Below are positions 49,887-60,066 of a stretch of DNA of 64,000 nucleotides, in pieces. The notes below the pieces were generated by a model. The model was not told where the DNA came from and searched no databases. It saw only the letters and a program-made list of their open reading frames with translations. The DNA is from Thermodesulfobacteriota bacterium (GTDB taxonomy: Bacteria > Desulfobacterota > Desulfobacteria > Desulfobacterales > SURF-7). The stretch lies in the NCBI GenBank assembly GCA_049320885.1, contig JBMORA010000033.1:1-64000 (forward strand), read 5' to 3'. A program made the position numbers and the translations under genes. The first letter of the stretch is position 1. Each line of letters begins with the position of its first letter.

Positions 49887-50207
49887 TTAAAAGGGAGACT
49901 CTTCTGCATCACGATTCCACCCCCAATCTTTTAGCATTTCAATAAAACTTTGCCTATCGTAGGGTTCTTGGCCATACGAATTATCGATAATCGATACTCC
50001 ATATCCCATGTTAATAATTTCATTTGTAAATAATTTAACAGAGTCAAATTTATTAACGATAAGCATGCCATTAGGTGGCCCGAAATCCTTTACTAATAAT
50101 TCTGCGAATATTTGGTCACCGGATGGCAGCTTCAATCTATAAGGTGTGACTATTATAAAGCCTATATCTTCTGCAGCCAATTGCCACCTTTTAATTATAT
50201 CACTCAT
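49887..50207 (-). CDS. putative cytoplasmic immunity protein
   Basis: AT-rich 106-aa ORF with GAGGA RBS right after the Rhs tip; no signal peptide. Confidence 0.65.
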   Translation of the reverse strand: MSDIIKRWQLAAEDIGFIIVTPYRLKLPSGDQIFAELLVKDFGPPNGMLIVNKFDSVKLFTNEIINMGYGVSIIDNSYGQEPYDRQSFIEMLKDWGWNRDAEESPF

Positions 50208-50225
50208 AATATTACGTCCTCACGA

Positions 50226-51059
50226 TTATCTGATAGGAATATGTCTTACAGGGCCAACATGTCCGTGCCAAATATTGATATTCCTATCAGGATGTATTTC
50301 AGGGCCTCTTACCGTATTTTCTGGAAAAGGATCTTCAAGTTGTTTATTCAACTCTTTATAAGTACTCATATCATCAGCAGAAATGCCGCCTTTCTTTTTA
50401 TCTTGCTTAGCCATTTCTACTAATGCCTGTTTTTCATCACTATGTTTTCCACATTCAGTGTCAGTCGAGCCTTGATTTTGTTTGACTTGAGGCAAACTTT
50501 CAAGAAGATTATAAAGATCCAATGTGGCCGCGCCTGTCATGAGTCCTGCAGCGAGAATATCACCGAAAGGTAATGGGCCATCCATAATAGCCATATACCC
50601 CGCAATAGGAGCTGCTGCTTGCAGATAAAATTCACCCGTTGGATCAATCAGGTTCACCGGATTATTCAGGACATATCCATACAGATCAGTATCCCCACCG
50701 TCAAAAAGGATCGGATCTTTAGCGGTCCATCGACCTGTCTCCGGGTCATAGTCGCGGTAGCCGAATCGCACCAGCCCGGTGTCCCGGTCATGCAGGCCGC
50801 CGGCAAATCCGAACGGAATTGTGAAGGCGGGGTTCGTGTCCGCGAGTATATACCCGAAGGCGTCGTAGTCAACTGTTTTGATGAGATTGCCTAACGCATC
50901 CGTCACCGCGCGTAAGGACCCCACTTGATCGTAGAGGAGATAGTAGCGCTGGCCGGAGCGGGTCAGGGAGACGGGCAGGCGGCTGTCCGCGTATTCCAGG
51001 CGCAGGATCAGGTTGTCGGCGCCATCATAAACCGCCAGAAGTTGTGTCAACCCCTGCCA
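50226..51059 (-). pseudogene. orphan Rhs core end with C-terminal toxin
   Basis: DQVGSLRAV, FGFAGGLHDRDTGLVRFGYRDYDP, YVLNNPVNLIDPTGE; 5' end abuts the repeat element. Confidence 0.9.
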
Positions 51060-51064
51060 GGGCG

Positions 51065-51183
51065 GGGGCATGGGGTCACATCTCAAAATTTAAGTATTTT
51101 CTTTCCGATCTGATCGACTCGCGCTATCTTAGCGGCACCACCATATCAATCCTTAATATTGTAGATGCGACCGTTCTGTTTCC
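51065..51183. repeat. 119-bp inverted-repeat element, copy 2
   Basis: 104/119 identical to 46421-46539 by eye; same orientation. Confidence 0.85.
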
Positions 51184-51189
51184 CCCGCC

Positions 51190-51345
51190 GCCGTATTTTA
51201 TGAGCATTTTCAGGTCCGCGGAACTTCAAGGATTGAATCCTGTCGAGAAAACCATCGAAGACGCCAGGACTTTGCGCCAAGGTAAAAATGATGATAGGGT
51301 CGGATTCGAATTGGCAGCCTAATTTTCAAAGAGCCAAACTGTTAC
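51190..51345 (+). mobile_element. 3' remnant of an IS66-family (ISBst12-like) element
   Basis: FMSIFRSAELQGLNPVE transposase-like tail followed by an AACTGTTAC terminus. Confidence 0.55.
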
Positions 51346-51360
51346 GAAAAGATGAGGAGG

Positions 51361-51795
51361 ATGCAAGCGGTGTCCATGTCCGATCTGCGAAAAATCGTCG
51401 AACCCTTTGTGCGGAATGTGCTGGGATGCGGCTGTCCGGATGCGGTTTTTGACGATATCCGGATGGTCGATCCAAAGGACGGATTGGCGGGAATGCCGAT
51501 CGATTATCTGCTCCTAATCGGCGGCCGCCTGCTCATTGTCGTCTGCGCATCCGATCCTGATGCGGATATGGCGGCGCATCTGGCACAACTGGTCCATTCC
51601 GGCAGGCAGTTGCGCGACGAGCTTGGCTTCAATCGCTTCCGGTTGGTGGTGCCGCTTGCCGATATGGAATCAACCCGGAAACTCCGGCAGGCCTTCGCAG
51701 CCCTGACCGGATTGGATGATCGCACCCACCTGCATGTCCTGGCGCCGTCCATGCTGCCGACAATCCAGTTCCCGTCGCACCCGCTTCAGGGATGA
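51361..51795 (+). CDS. hypothetical protein
   Basis: GAGGAGG RBS; LGCGCPDAVF...GFNRFRLV...DDRTHLH. Confidence 0.65.
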   Translation: MQAVSMSDLRKIVEPFVRNVLGCGCPDAVFDDIRMVDPKDGLAGMPIDYLLLIGGRLLIVVCASDPDADMAAHLAQLVHSGRQLRDELGFNRFRLVVPLADMESTRKLRQAFAALTGLDDRTHLHVLAPSMLPTIQFPSHPLQG

Positions 51796-51807
51796 TCCCT
51801 GAGCCAG

Positions 51808-52281
51808 TCATTTCAATTTTTTTTCCATGAAAAGTGCTGTGGGGTCCGGGTTAAATCGATAGGTTCCTATTTCCTTGAAGCCCACGCTTTTATACAACGC
51901 TATCGCTCTGTCGAGCTTCCGGAGCGTGTCCAACCGTACTGCCGTGTAGCCCAGGTCTGTGGCTGTTTCAATAAAACGATCGGTGAGTGCTTTTCCGATT
52001 CCCTTACCTTGAAAGGAAGGAAGCACATACATGCGTTTCATTTCCGCGATGCCTTCGCCAAGATCGCGCAGCCCAACGCACCCGACAAAATCACCGCCAA
52101 CGCTGGCCAGCAACAGCGCCCCTCTTGGCGGTCCGTACATGACCGGCAAAGAATTCAATTCGGCTTCAAACCCCTGGAAGCACAGATCCACTTCGAGGAA
52201 TTGCTGGTATAACTCAAAGAGCCGCCTTGCTTCGGCGAACTCTGCTGGTTGCGTTGCGGTGATGATCAGCAATTCCGTCAC
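51808..52281 (-). CDS. GNAT acetyltransferase
   Basis: LCFQGF, EMKRMYV, GKGIG, ALYKSVGF. Confidence 0.9.
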   Translation of the reverse strand: MTELLIITATQPAEFAEARRLFELYQQFLEVDLCFQGFEAELNSLPVMYGPPRGALLLASVGGDFVGCVGLRDLGEGIAEMKRMYVLPSFQGKGIGKALTDRFIETATDLGYTAVRLDTLRKLDRAIALYKSVGFKEIGTYRFNPDPTALFMEKKLK

Positions 52282-53108
52282 CGCACGATGAATTCAACCC
52301 GGCGGTTCTGGGAGCGCCCGTCGGCGGTGCCGTTGCCGGCAAAGGGCTTGTCGTAGCCGAACCCCATGGTGATAATCCGGCGGGCGGCGATGCCGTTCCG
52401 GATCATGTACTGCCTCACGGCCTGGGCGCGTTTCCGCGAGAGATTCAGGTTGTAGGTCTGGGAGCCGATGCTGCATGTATGCCCCTGCAACACCACCTGC
52501 GCCTCCGGATCGGCCTTCAGGTCCCGGATGATGTTATCGATGATATAGAAATAAGGCGGCTTGACGATATCCTTGTCAAAATCGAAAATGACGTAGTTCT
52601 CCGGCTCCCCGCCGGCCCCGGAACCATCCCGGGACATTCCGCCCGGCCCGCCGGTTCCATCTGCCCCGCCAGCTCCGCCCGGACCACCGGATGAACCCCC
52701 GGAGCCGCCCCACCGCCCTCCCCGGCCCTGGCGGCCCGGGCAATCGTCGCATATTTTGGTGAGTTGGAACTTATCGCCCTTAGCCGGCGCATATCCGCAA
52801 TCTTCGAAACGGAATTGAACTTCGCCGCCGTCGATCCTCACCAGCCAATGATCCGGGTCCAGTTTGTACATCAGGACCCGCTTGCCTTCTTCCGTTTGCG
52901 GACATATCTTGCCGAATTTAATCGGGTCCTGCACCGTGGCCACATAACTGCCCCCATCGGAAACCAGGGTCAAGGTCTTTGAAACCGGACAGAGCCCCAG
53001 ATAGTCGTTGAATTCATAGAAATCAAGGCCGAAGACCGGCTGCGGAAACAGCAGAAAAAAGCCGGCCGCCAGAATCATCGCCATGGAATAAGAACTCTTG
53101 CTGCGCAT
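52278..53108 (-). CDS. OmpA-C domain exported protein
   Basis: Signal peptide, Gly-rich linker, FDFDK, GHTCSIG, LSRKRA, NRRVEF. Confidence 0.88.
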   Translation of the reverse strand: MRSKSSYSMAMILAAGFFLLFPQPVFGLDFYEFNDYLGLCPVSKTLTLVSDGGSYVATVQDPIKFGKICPQTEEGKRVLMYKLDPDHWLVRIDGGEVQFRFEDCGYAPAKGDKFQLTKICDDCPGRQGRGGRWGGSGGSSGGPGGAGGADGTGGPGGMSRDGSGAGGEPENYVIFDFDKDIVKPPYFYIIDNIIRDLKADPEAQVVLQGHTCSIGSQTYNLNLSRKRAQAVRQYMIRNGIAARRIITMGFGYDKPFAGNGTADGRSQNRRVEFIVR

Positions 53109-53433
53109 GCGTCATGATCCGCTCTGGAGTGATTATAGTGGACTCTATCCCCGGATTTATCACCGGATGGCATTGCCCGTATTATAGTGTCCCCTTTTTG
53201 TTTTTGCAACTCCTTGTTTCAATTTGCCTTCTGCATGATCTGCGTGAATCGGCGTAATCTGCGGATAGAAAAAATGGGCGGTTGGGCATTCATCGTCCTT
53301 AAAATTGTGGGAAGATGCTTTTTACTTGTGATGTCCATGTCCCGCAGTACCGCCAAACTTGACAAGGTCCGGGCTTGTCTGTAAATGTTTCCTTACGTTT
53401 TGATCCCTTTTTGTAAGTGAACAGGAAAATGTC

Positions 53434-54501
53434 ATGAGCCGTTTCTGGAGCGAAGTCGTCACCGGCCTGAAACCCTATGTGCCGGGCGAACAACCCAAAA
53501 TCACCAATCTGATCAAACTCAACACCAATGAGAACCCCTATGGGCCTTCTCCGAAAGTGATCGAGGCCTTGAAAGCCGAGGTCGCCGACACCTTGCGGCT
53601 GTATCCGGATCCCAATGGCGATTTGCTGAAACAAGCCGTGGCGGACTATTACGCGCTTCCACCCGGCCAGGTTTTTGTCGGCAACGGGTCCGACGAAGTC
53701 CTGGCCCATGCGTTCCAGGCTCTCCTGAAGCATGAAAACCCCCTGCTGTTTCCGGACATCTCCTATAGTTTCTATCCGGTGTATTGCGGATTATACCGCA
53801 TCGACTTCGCGACGGTGCCCCTCACGGAAACATTTGAGATCGACCTGCGGGATTACCTGCGGCCCAACGGCGGCATCATTTTCCCCAACCCCAATGCACC
53901 CACGGGTATCGCCCTGCCCCTCGGCGCGGTGGAAGAACTCTTGCGCCGCAATACGGAATCCGTTGTCGTGGTTGATGAAGCCTATATCGATTTCGGCGGG
54001 GAAACCGCCGCACCGCTGGTGAACCGCTACCCGAACCTGCTGGTGGTCCAGACATTGTCCAAATCCCGTTCCCTGGCCGGCCTCCGGGTGGGCTTCGCCA
54101 TGGGCCGGGAAGACCTCATCGAAGGCCTGGAACGGGTCAAAAACAGCTTCAACTCCTACCCCCTGGACCGGCCGGCCCTGCGGGGAGCGGCGGCGGCCAT
54201 GGCGGACCGGGCCTATTTCGATGAAACCCGGAACCGCATCATCCGCACCCGGGAAAAGCTGGTGGAAAATCTGAAAAACCTGCACTTCCAGATATTGCCG
54301 TCCAAGGCCAATTTCATCTTTGTCCGGCATCCGGAGCGGGATGCGGCGGAAATCAGCCGCCGGCTGCGGGAAAAATCCATTATCGTCCGCCATTTCCGGC
54401 AACCGCGCATCGAGCAGTTCCTGCGCATCACCATCGGCACGGATGGGGAATGCGACCGACTGGTCGAGGCCCTGGAGACCATCCTGGCGGATCGTTGCTG
54501 A
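53434..54501 (+). CDS. hisC: histidinol-phosphate aminotransferase
   Basis: [36 protein letters not shown]. Confidence 0.95.
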   Translation: MSRFWSEVVTGLKPYVPGEQPKITNLIKLNTNENPYGPSPKVIEALKAEVADTLRLYPDPNGDLLKQAVADYYALPPGQVFVGNGSDEVLAHAFQALLKHENPLLFPDISYSFYPVYCGLYRIDFATVPLTETFEIDLRDYLRPNGGIIFPNPNAPTGIALPLGAVEELLRRNTESVVVVDEAYIDFGGETAAPLVNRYPNLLVVQTLSKSRSLAGLRVGFAMGREDLIEGLERVKNSFNSYPLDRPALRGAAAAMADRAYFDETRNRIIRTREKLVENLKNLHFQILPSKANFIFVRHPERDAAEISRRLREKSIIVRHFRQPRIEQFLRITIGTDGECDRLVEALETILADRC

Positions 54502-54525
54502 TTGTCCCTGTTACAAGGCCGACGC

Positions 54526-55974
54526 TCACTCCTCCGGTCCTTTCACCCCGGTCTGGATTTTCAGGCCGTACCGCTCGATGCGGGCCAAAAGGGTCGGCCG
54601 GGAAAGCCCCAGCATTTTCGCCGCCTGGGTGCGATTGCCCTCGGTGATCTTCAGGGCCTCCCGGGTGACAATGCCGCCGAAATAATCCATCATGCTGTCG
54701 AACAGGTTCTCCTCACCGGAGGAAACCAGCAACTCGTGGACCCACTCCCGCAGCCCGGCCTCGAACCCCTCGGCGGAATTGGCCCGGGATGGTTTCCGGG
54801 CGCCGTGATATTCATCCATGGTGTGGAGGATATCCTCCTCGGTGAGCGGAGCCCCCTGGCTGAAGATCAACGCTTTCTGAATGGTGTTGGAAAGCTCCCG
54901 GACATTTCCCGGCCAGGCGTGCCGCCGCAAGGCGTGCAGGGCGGCATCCGACCTGCCGGGATCGGGGATATTCATCTCCCGGCTGTATTTCTGCAAAAAA
55001 TAATCGATGAGCAGCGGCAGGTCCTCCGGTCGCTCCCGCAGCGGCGGCAGGTTCAGGCTGACGACTTTCAGGCGGTAATACAGATCTTCCCGGAACCGGC
55101 CCTCGGCCACCGCCGCCTCCAGGTCGCGATTGGTGGCCGCGATGATCCGGACATCCACGGGAATCGGCTGCCGCCCGCCCAGACGTTCGATGCTCCGTTC
55201 CTGCAGCAGCCTCAGAATCTTCGCCTGGATGTTGTACGGCATATCGCCGATCTCATCCAGAAAAACCGTTCCATTGTTGGCCTGCTCGATTTTGCCCACC
55301 CGCCGCGTCACGGCGCCCGTAAAGGCGCCCTTTTCATAACCGAACAATTCGCTCTCCAGCAGCGTGTCCGGAATGGCCACGCAATTGATCACCAGAAACG
55401 GCTTGTCGGATCTCAGGCTGTGCTGATAAATGGCCCTGGCCACCAGTTCCTTGCCGGTTCCGGACTCGCCACGGATGAGAATCGTGGCGTCGGTGGGCGC
55501 GGCCCGGCCGATGGCCTTGTAAACTTCCTGCATGGGTGCGCTCTGGCCCACAATGGCGTCCTGGGTCATGGATTTGGCGGGGGCGTTCATCGTGACCTGG
55601 GAACGCATGAACCGGCCGGCCTGCAGGGCCTTCCCGATGAGTTCGAGTATTTCCGGGATTTCAAACGGTTTGATCACATAATCAAAGGCCCCCATTTTGG
55701 TGGCCTCGATGGCCGTTTCCGTGGTTCCGTAGGCCGTCATGATGATCACCGGCAATTTGGGATTGATCCGGTGCATGATTTCAAACGCCTCCAGACCGCT
55801 CATTCCCGGCATGCGCACGTCCATGATCACCAGGTCCGGCCGGTTCTCCTTGACCACGGCGATGCCGGCTTCGCCGGAATTGGCTGTCAACAATATATGC
55901 CCCTCGCTTGACAGAATCTTCTGAAAGCTCTGCCGCAGTTGCGGATCATCGTCGACAATCAGAATTCTAGCCAT
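54526..55974 (-). CDS. sigma54-dependent response regulator (NtrC family)
   Basis: REC, GESGTGKE, GAFTGA, WPGNVREL, Fis HTH. Confidence 0.95.
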   Translation of the reverse strand: MARILIVDDDPQLRQSFQKILSSEGHILLTANSGEAGIAVVKENRPDLVIMDVRMPGMSGLEAFEIMHRINPKLPVIIMTAYGTTETAIEATKMGAFDYVIKPFEIPEILELIGKALQAGRFMRSQVTMNAPAKSMTQDAIVGQSAPMQEVYKAIGRAAPTDATILIRGESGTGKELVARAIYQHSLRSDKPFLVINCVAIPDTLLESELFGYEKGAFTGAVTRRVGKIEQANNGTVFLDEIGDMPYNIQAKILRLLQERSIERLGGRQPIPVDVRIIAATNRDLEAAVAEGRFREDLYYRLKVVSLNLPPLRERPEDLPLLIDYFLQKYSREMNIPDPGRSDAALHALRRHAWPGNVRELSNTIQKALIFSQGAPLTEEDILHTMDEYHGARKPSRANSAEGFEAGLREWVHELLVSSGEENLFDSMMDYFGGIVTREALKITEGNRTQAAKMLGLSRPTLLARIERYGLKIQTGVKGPEE

Positions 55975-57436
55975 GAATCGCCTCCTTCATCGGCAGGGCG
56001 ATGACGAAGGTCGCCCCGGCACCTTCTCCGGGCCGGACATCGATCTCACCACCGTGCTCTTCAATGATGCGTTTTGCTATACTGAGCCCCAACCCGGAAC
56101 CTTCTTCCTTGGAGCTGAAAAACGGCTGAAAAACCTTTTCCTGGAGCGTCTCCGGTATCCCCGGGCCATTGTCGTGAATCTGGATCAGGGCCACCGCCCC
56201 AAGGTTTTCCCGCAGCCCGGTCTCCTCCACGATCTGAATCATGCCACCTTCGCCCATGGCCTCGCAGGCGTTCACCAGCAGGTTCACCAGCACTTCCTTC
56301 AGCTGGTCCGTATCGATGGAAATCTCCGGCAACCGTCCGATCCGCTTCACCTGCACTTCCGTTCGGTAGGAATCGAACCGATGCCGCAGCAACTGCAAGG
56401 TCATATCCACCACGTCCGAGGGACTGGCCGGATGCATTTTCAGCTTCGGCGGCCGGGAATACTCGAGGAAATTCCGTAGAATGGTGTCGATATGGCGGAT
56501 TTCCTCGGAAATGACATCCAGATCTTCCTTCTGGGTCGGCGTCAGCCGCAGGCTGCGTTCCAAGGTGAACAGCCTCATCTTGACGGAGGTCAGCGGATTC
56601 CGAACGCTGTGGGCCACACCGGCCGCCAGCTTCCCCACCATGGCCAGTTTTTCCGACTGAATCAGGTGGGTCTGGCTTTCCACGAGCTTGGCCCGGGTCT
56701 GCCCGATGTTTTCCACCAGGTGGTCCAGCCGGTTCTTGACGGCCTTGACTTCGTCCCCCATGGGTTTCCGCCATTCGCCGTTTTCCATGGCCAGTTCGCG
56801 GATGGGCGTCAAAATCTGCCGCAACAGGACAAGCGTGAGCAAAATACTGATCAAGAGGACGCAGGGAATGGCGGCCCAGGCGAATATCACCATTTTGGAA
56901 TTGGATTTCCGGAACTGGTTGCGCAGATCCTCGATCTGGTTTTCATGGGCGGCCTTGAATTTTTCAGCCAGATCGAAAACGGCGAAAAATTGCTCCCGGA
57001 CCCGCCAGTGACGGTTTTCCCCCTCCTCGCGCTTGCCGTCCTTGTACAGGGCGACCACCTGGTCCCGCTCGAAGACATATCGGATATATCTGGATTCGAT
57101 TTCGTTCAGGATTTCCGTGGCCGCCTCGATGTTGTTGGCCGCCCGGGCGCGGCTCAGCCAGCTTTTGAAATTATTGTGCCGCCCGCCCAGCTGTTCCAGC
57201 CATTTGTCATCACGGGTAAGTAAATAATAGGTGGCCAGGCCTTTCTGCATGACCAGCTCGGTTTCCATCTTCTGGGCCGCGGTCAAGGATTTCACATCCC
57301 GATCCAGCATATCGGCATAGATGCTCTGGACCCGGTAGGTGTACCAGACCGTTCCCAGGGAACCGAAAAGGTTCAACAACGCCAAGGCCGTGATGAGCAA
57401 TAGCAGCCGCTGCCGCAAACTGATGGTTTGAAACAT
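55967..57436 (-). CDS. sensor histidine kinase
   Basis: Two TMs, four-helix sensor, AHSVRNPL, DNGPG, GSGLGL. Confidence 0.92.
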   Translation of the reverse strand: MFQTISLRQRLLLLITALALLNLFGSLGTVWYTYRVQSIYADMLDRDVKSLTAAQKMETELVMQKGLATYYLLTRDDKWLEQLGGRHNNFKSWLSRARAANNIEAATEILNEIESRYIRYVFERDQVVALYKDGKREEGENRHWRVREQFFAVFDLAEKFKAAHENQIEDLRNQFRKSNSKMVIFAWAAIPCVLLISILLTLVLLRQILTPIRELAMENGEWRKPMGDEVKAVKNRLDHLVENIGQTRAKLVESQTHLIQSEKLAMVGKLAAGVAHSVRNPLTSVKMRLFTLERSLRLTPTQKEDLDVISEEIRHIDTILRNFLEYSRPPKLKMHPASPSDVVDMTLQLLRHRFDSYRTEVQVKRIGRLPEISIDTDQLKEVLVNLLVNACEAMGEGGMIQIVEETGLRENLGAVALIQIHDNGPGIPETLQEKVFQPFFSSKEEGSGLGLSIAKRIIEEHGGEIDVRPGEGAGATFVIALPMKEAIHG

Positions 57437-57549
57437 GTCGCCCTTTCTTTCCTGAATGACCCGCCATCGCATTCATTGGAAATCCGGTGTATGGGGTAGG
57501 AAGGTTGCCAAACGGGCCTATTCTATTCGCCGTCACCCGCCCTGTCTAC

Positions 57550-57709
57550 TGTAAAAAAATCCGACACTCCAACGGAAGACCTGTAAAAAAACCAAACACC
57601 CGGAGCCGGACAGACCGCCCATTTGCCACCTGCCGATGAAATAATTTTCCTTTATATCAAAATATTATTTCAAACCCCAGCCGCACCGACTCCCTGGCAT
57701 GCTCATTGC
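57550..57709 (+). promoter_or_regulatory. sigma54 promoter with IHF site and tandem enhancer sites
   Basis: TGT-N11-ACA at 57550-57566 and 57582-57598; TATCAA-N4-TTA at 57655-57667; TGGCATGCTCATTGC at 57695-57709. Confidence 0.75.
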
Positions 57710-57829
57710 CACCATCCATATCGAACCCATTGCCGGCCGTGCTATTCTGTATGGCAAGCAAAAGTCGTACAAAACCGGATATGGGAAGAAAGGCCATGAA
57801 AAATAAACACTGCGGCAGTTATAAAGCTC

Positions 57830-58255
57830 ATGACCAGTAGACAGTTTACCATATTGATCGCCGATCGGAACCCCCATGTCCGCGAACTGCTGAAACGGGA
57901 GTTGACCGACAGCGGATACCGGATACATCTGGCGAAAACCGCCCAGGAGGTCGTGGACGTGGCTTTCCGATCCGAGCCGCCGGATCTGCTGATCCTGGAT
58001 CCGGATCTGCCGGACAACGGACGTCTTTCCCCGCTGCGAAAGCTGAAGGAGTGCGCCCCGGCCTTGCCGCTCGTTCTCCACCTCCATAGCCCGGACACCA
58101 CGGCCGGCCTGGAAGGGCTGCTCGTCTGCGGCATCATTGAAAAAACCGGGAACAGCATCGAAAACGTGAAAAAGACCGTCGCCGAGCTTTTTAACCGCCG
58201 GAATACGTCTGAAAATCCACCAGGGCACCGCGGCCTTGCGCCGGGTCCGGGATGA
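57830..58255 (+). CDS. degenerate receiver-domain protein
   Basis: ILIADRNPHVRELLKREL..DLLILDPDLP. Confidence 0.7.
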   Translation: MTSRQFTILIADRNPHVRELLKRELTDSGYRIHLAKTAQEVVDVAFRSEPPDLLILDPDLPDNGRLSPLRKLKECAPALPLVLHLHSPDTTAGLEGLLVCGIIEKTGNSIENVKKTVAELFNRRNTSENPPGHRGLAPGPG

Positions 58256-58262
58256 ACCGCCC

Positions 58263-59978
58263 ATGAGTCAACCCATGATCCGTTCGGAAGCCCATTTTTA
58301 CCAGAACCTGACCCGCAGGATTATTTCGACCATCCTGATCGTGTCGTTCACCCCCATGATTCTGGCCACCGTAATCCTGCTCTACCAGTTCCGGGAGGCC
58401 TATATCGAAAAAACCAACGAACATCTGGTGGAAGTGGTGATGAAGCACAAGCAGAACATCGACGCCTTTCTGAAGGAGCGCCTGAGCAATCTGCGCTTCC
58501 TGTCGGCCAACCGAAGCATAGAGGAACTGATCGATGAACCCTTTCTGCAGGAAAAACTGAATCTGCTCAAAAGAGAATACGGCCTTGTTTTCACGGATCT
58601 GGGCCTCATCAATGACGAAGGGATTCAGATGGCCTATGCAGGCCCCTTCAACCTTGCCAATGCCCGTTATTCGGAAGCCGCCTGGTTTCATCAGGCGATC
58701 AAGACCAGCTACTATATCAGCGATGTGTTCCTGGGTCTGCGGGGGCATCCCCATTTCATCATCGCCGTCCGGCATACATACAGGGGACGATATTGGATTC
58801 TGCGGGCCACCATCGATTTCGCCGCCTTCAACTCCCTGGTGGAAAACCTGCGGGTCGGCAAAACCGGCATCGCCTTTTTGATCAACAAGGAGGGCCAGCT
58901 CCAGACAAAGCCCTCCTTTGATGTCTCCCCGGAAAAAATCGACTACCTGCTGAAAATCTCCCAACAGAATGACAGCGAATTTCATGTGTTCCGGGATTCG
59001 TACGAAGGCGGCGAGCATGTCTTTGTGACCGCCTTTCTGAAAAACCATAACTGGCTGCTGATATTTCAGCAGGACACCAATGACGCCCTGGCGGATGTCG
59101 ATCGTACCGCAAAAATCGCCGCCGTGATCTTTCTGCTGGGCGCCTGCGCCATCCTGCTTATGGCCTTGATTCTGTCCCGGCGGATCGTGCGCATTATCCG
59201 TTCCGCCGACAAGAAAAATGAACTGATGCAGCAACAGGTGGTGGAGACCGGCAAACTGGCCTCCCTGGGAGAACTTGCCGCCGGCATCGCCCATGAAATC
59301 AACAATCCGGTGGCTATCATGGTGGAAGAGGCCGGCTGGATCGGCGATCTGCTGGAAGAGGAAGACCTTCGGCAAAGCAGCAACCTGGAGGAATTCCAAA
59401 AATCCCTCCGGCAAATCCACACCCAGGGCAAACGGTGCAAGGACATTACCCATAAACTGCTCAGCTTCGCCCGAAAAACGGACAGCCAGACCAAGGATGT
59501 TCAGGTCAACGATCTGATAACGGAAATCGTGGCCCTCAGCGCCCAGATGGCCAAATACAACCGGGTGGATATCCGGACCCACCTGCAGAAGGATATCCCG
59601 CGCCTGAACATTTCCCCATCGGAAATGCAGCAGGTGCTGCTGAACATGATCAACAACTCGCTGTATGCGCTGGAAAAACGCGGAGGCGTCATCGATATAA
59701 CCAGCAAGCAGTCCCAGGATCAGGTCTTTATCGATATCGCAGACAACGGTCCGGGAATTCCGGAATCCATTCTGCCACGGATTTTCGATCCTTTTTTTAC
59801 CACCAAACCGGTGGGCAAGGGAACCGGTCTGGGTCTGTCCATCTGTTTCGGCATCATACAGAAAATGGGAGGTGATATCACGGTCAACAGTGCGGTGGAT
59901 ATCGGAACACGGTTCCGGATCAAGCTGCCGCTGAAAGCAGGAACACAGGTTGCAGGAGCTGCCTCCGCGGGCGCCTGA
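58263..59978 (+). CDS. Cache-type sensor histidine kinase
   Basis: AHEINNP, DNGPG, FFTTKPVGKGTGLGL. Confidence 0.92.
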   Translation: MSQPMIRSEAHFYQNLTRRIISTILIVSFTPMILATVILLYQFREAYIEKTNEHLVEVVMKHKQNIDAFLKERLSNLRFLSANRSIEELIDEPFLQEKLNLLKREYGLVFTDLGLINDEGIQMAYAGPFNLANARYSEAAWFHQAIKTSYYISDVFLGLRGHPHFIIAVRHTYRGRYWILRATIDFAAFNSLVENLRVGKTGIAFLINKEGQLQTKPSFDVSPEKIDYLLKISQQNDSEFHVFRDSYEGGEHVFVTAFLKNHNWLLIFQQDTNDALADVDRTAKIAAVIFLLGACAILLMALILSRRIVRIIRSADKKNELMQQQVVETGKLASLGELAAGIAHEINNPVAIMVEEAGWIGDLLEEEDLRQSSNLEEFQKSLRQIHTQGKRCKDITHKLLSFARKTDSQTKDVQVNDLITEIVALSAQMAKYNRVDIRTHLQKDIPRLNISPSEMQQVLLNMINNSLYALEKRGGVIDITSKQSQDQVFIDIADNGPGIPESILPRIFDPFFTTKPVGKGTGLGLSICFGIIQKMGGDITVNSAVDIGTRFRIKLPLKAGTQVAGAASAGA

Positions 59979-60066
59979 AGAGAATCGAGTAGAAACAGGC
60001 CGGCCCGGCCGGAGGCGGTTTTTGGAAAGGACGGTTTACAACAACGCATTGAAGGGAGAACAAGGT

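Noticed and set aside
49840..49893. attC site after the 106-aa immunity gene
   Set aside because: TTTTAAC overlaps the stop codon but no matching L'/GTT arm follows.
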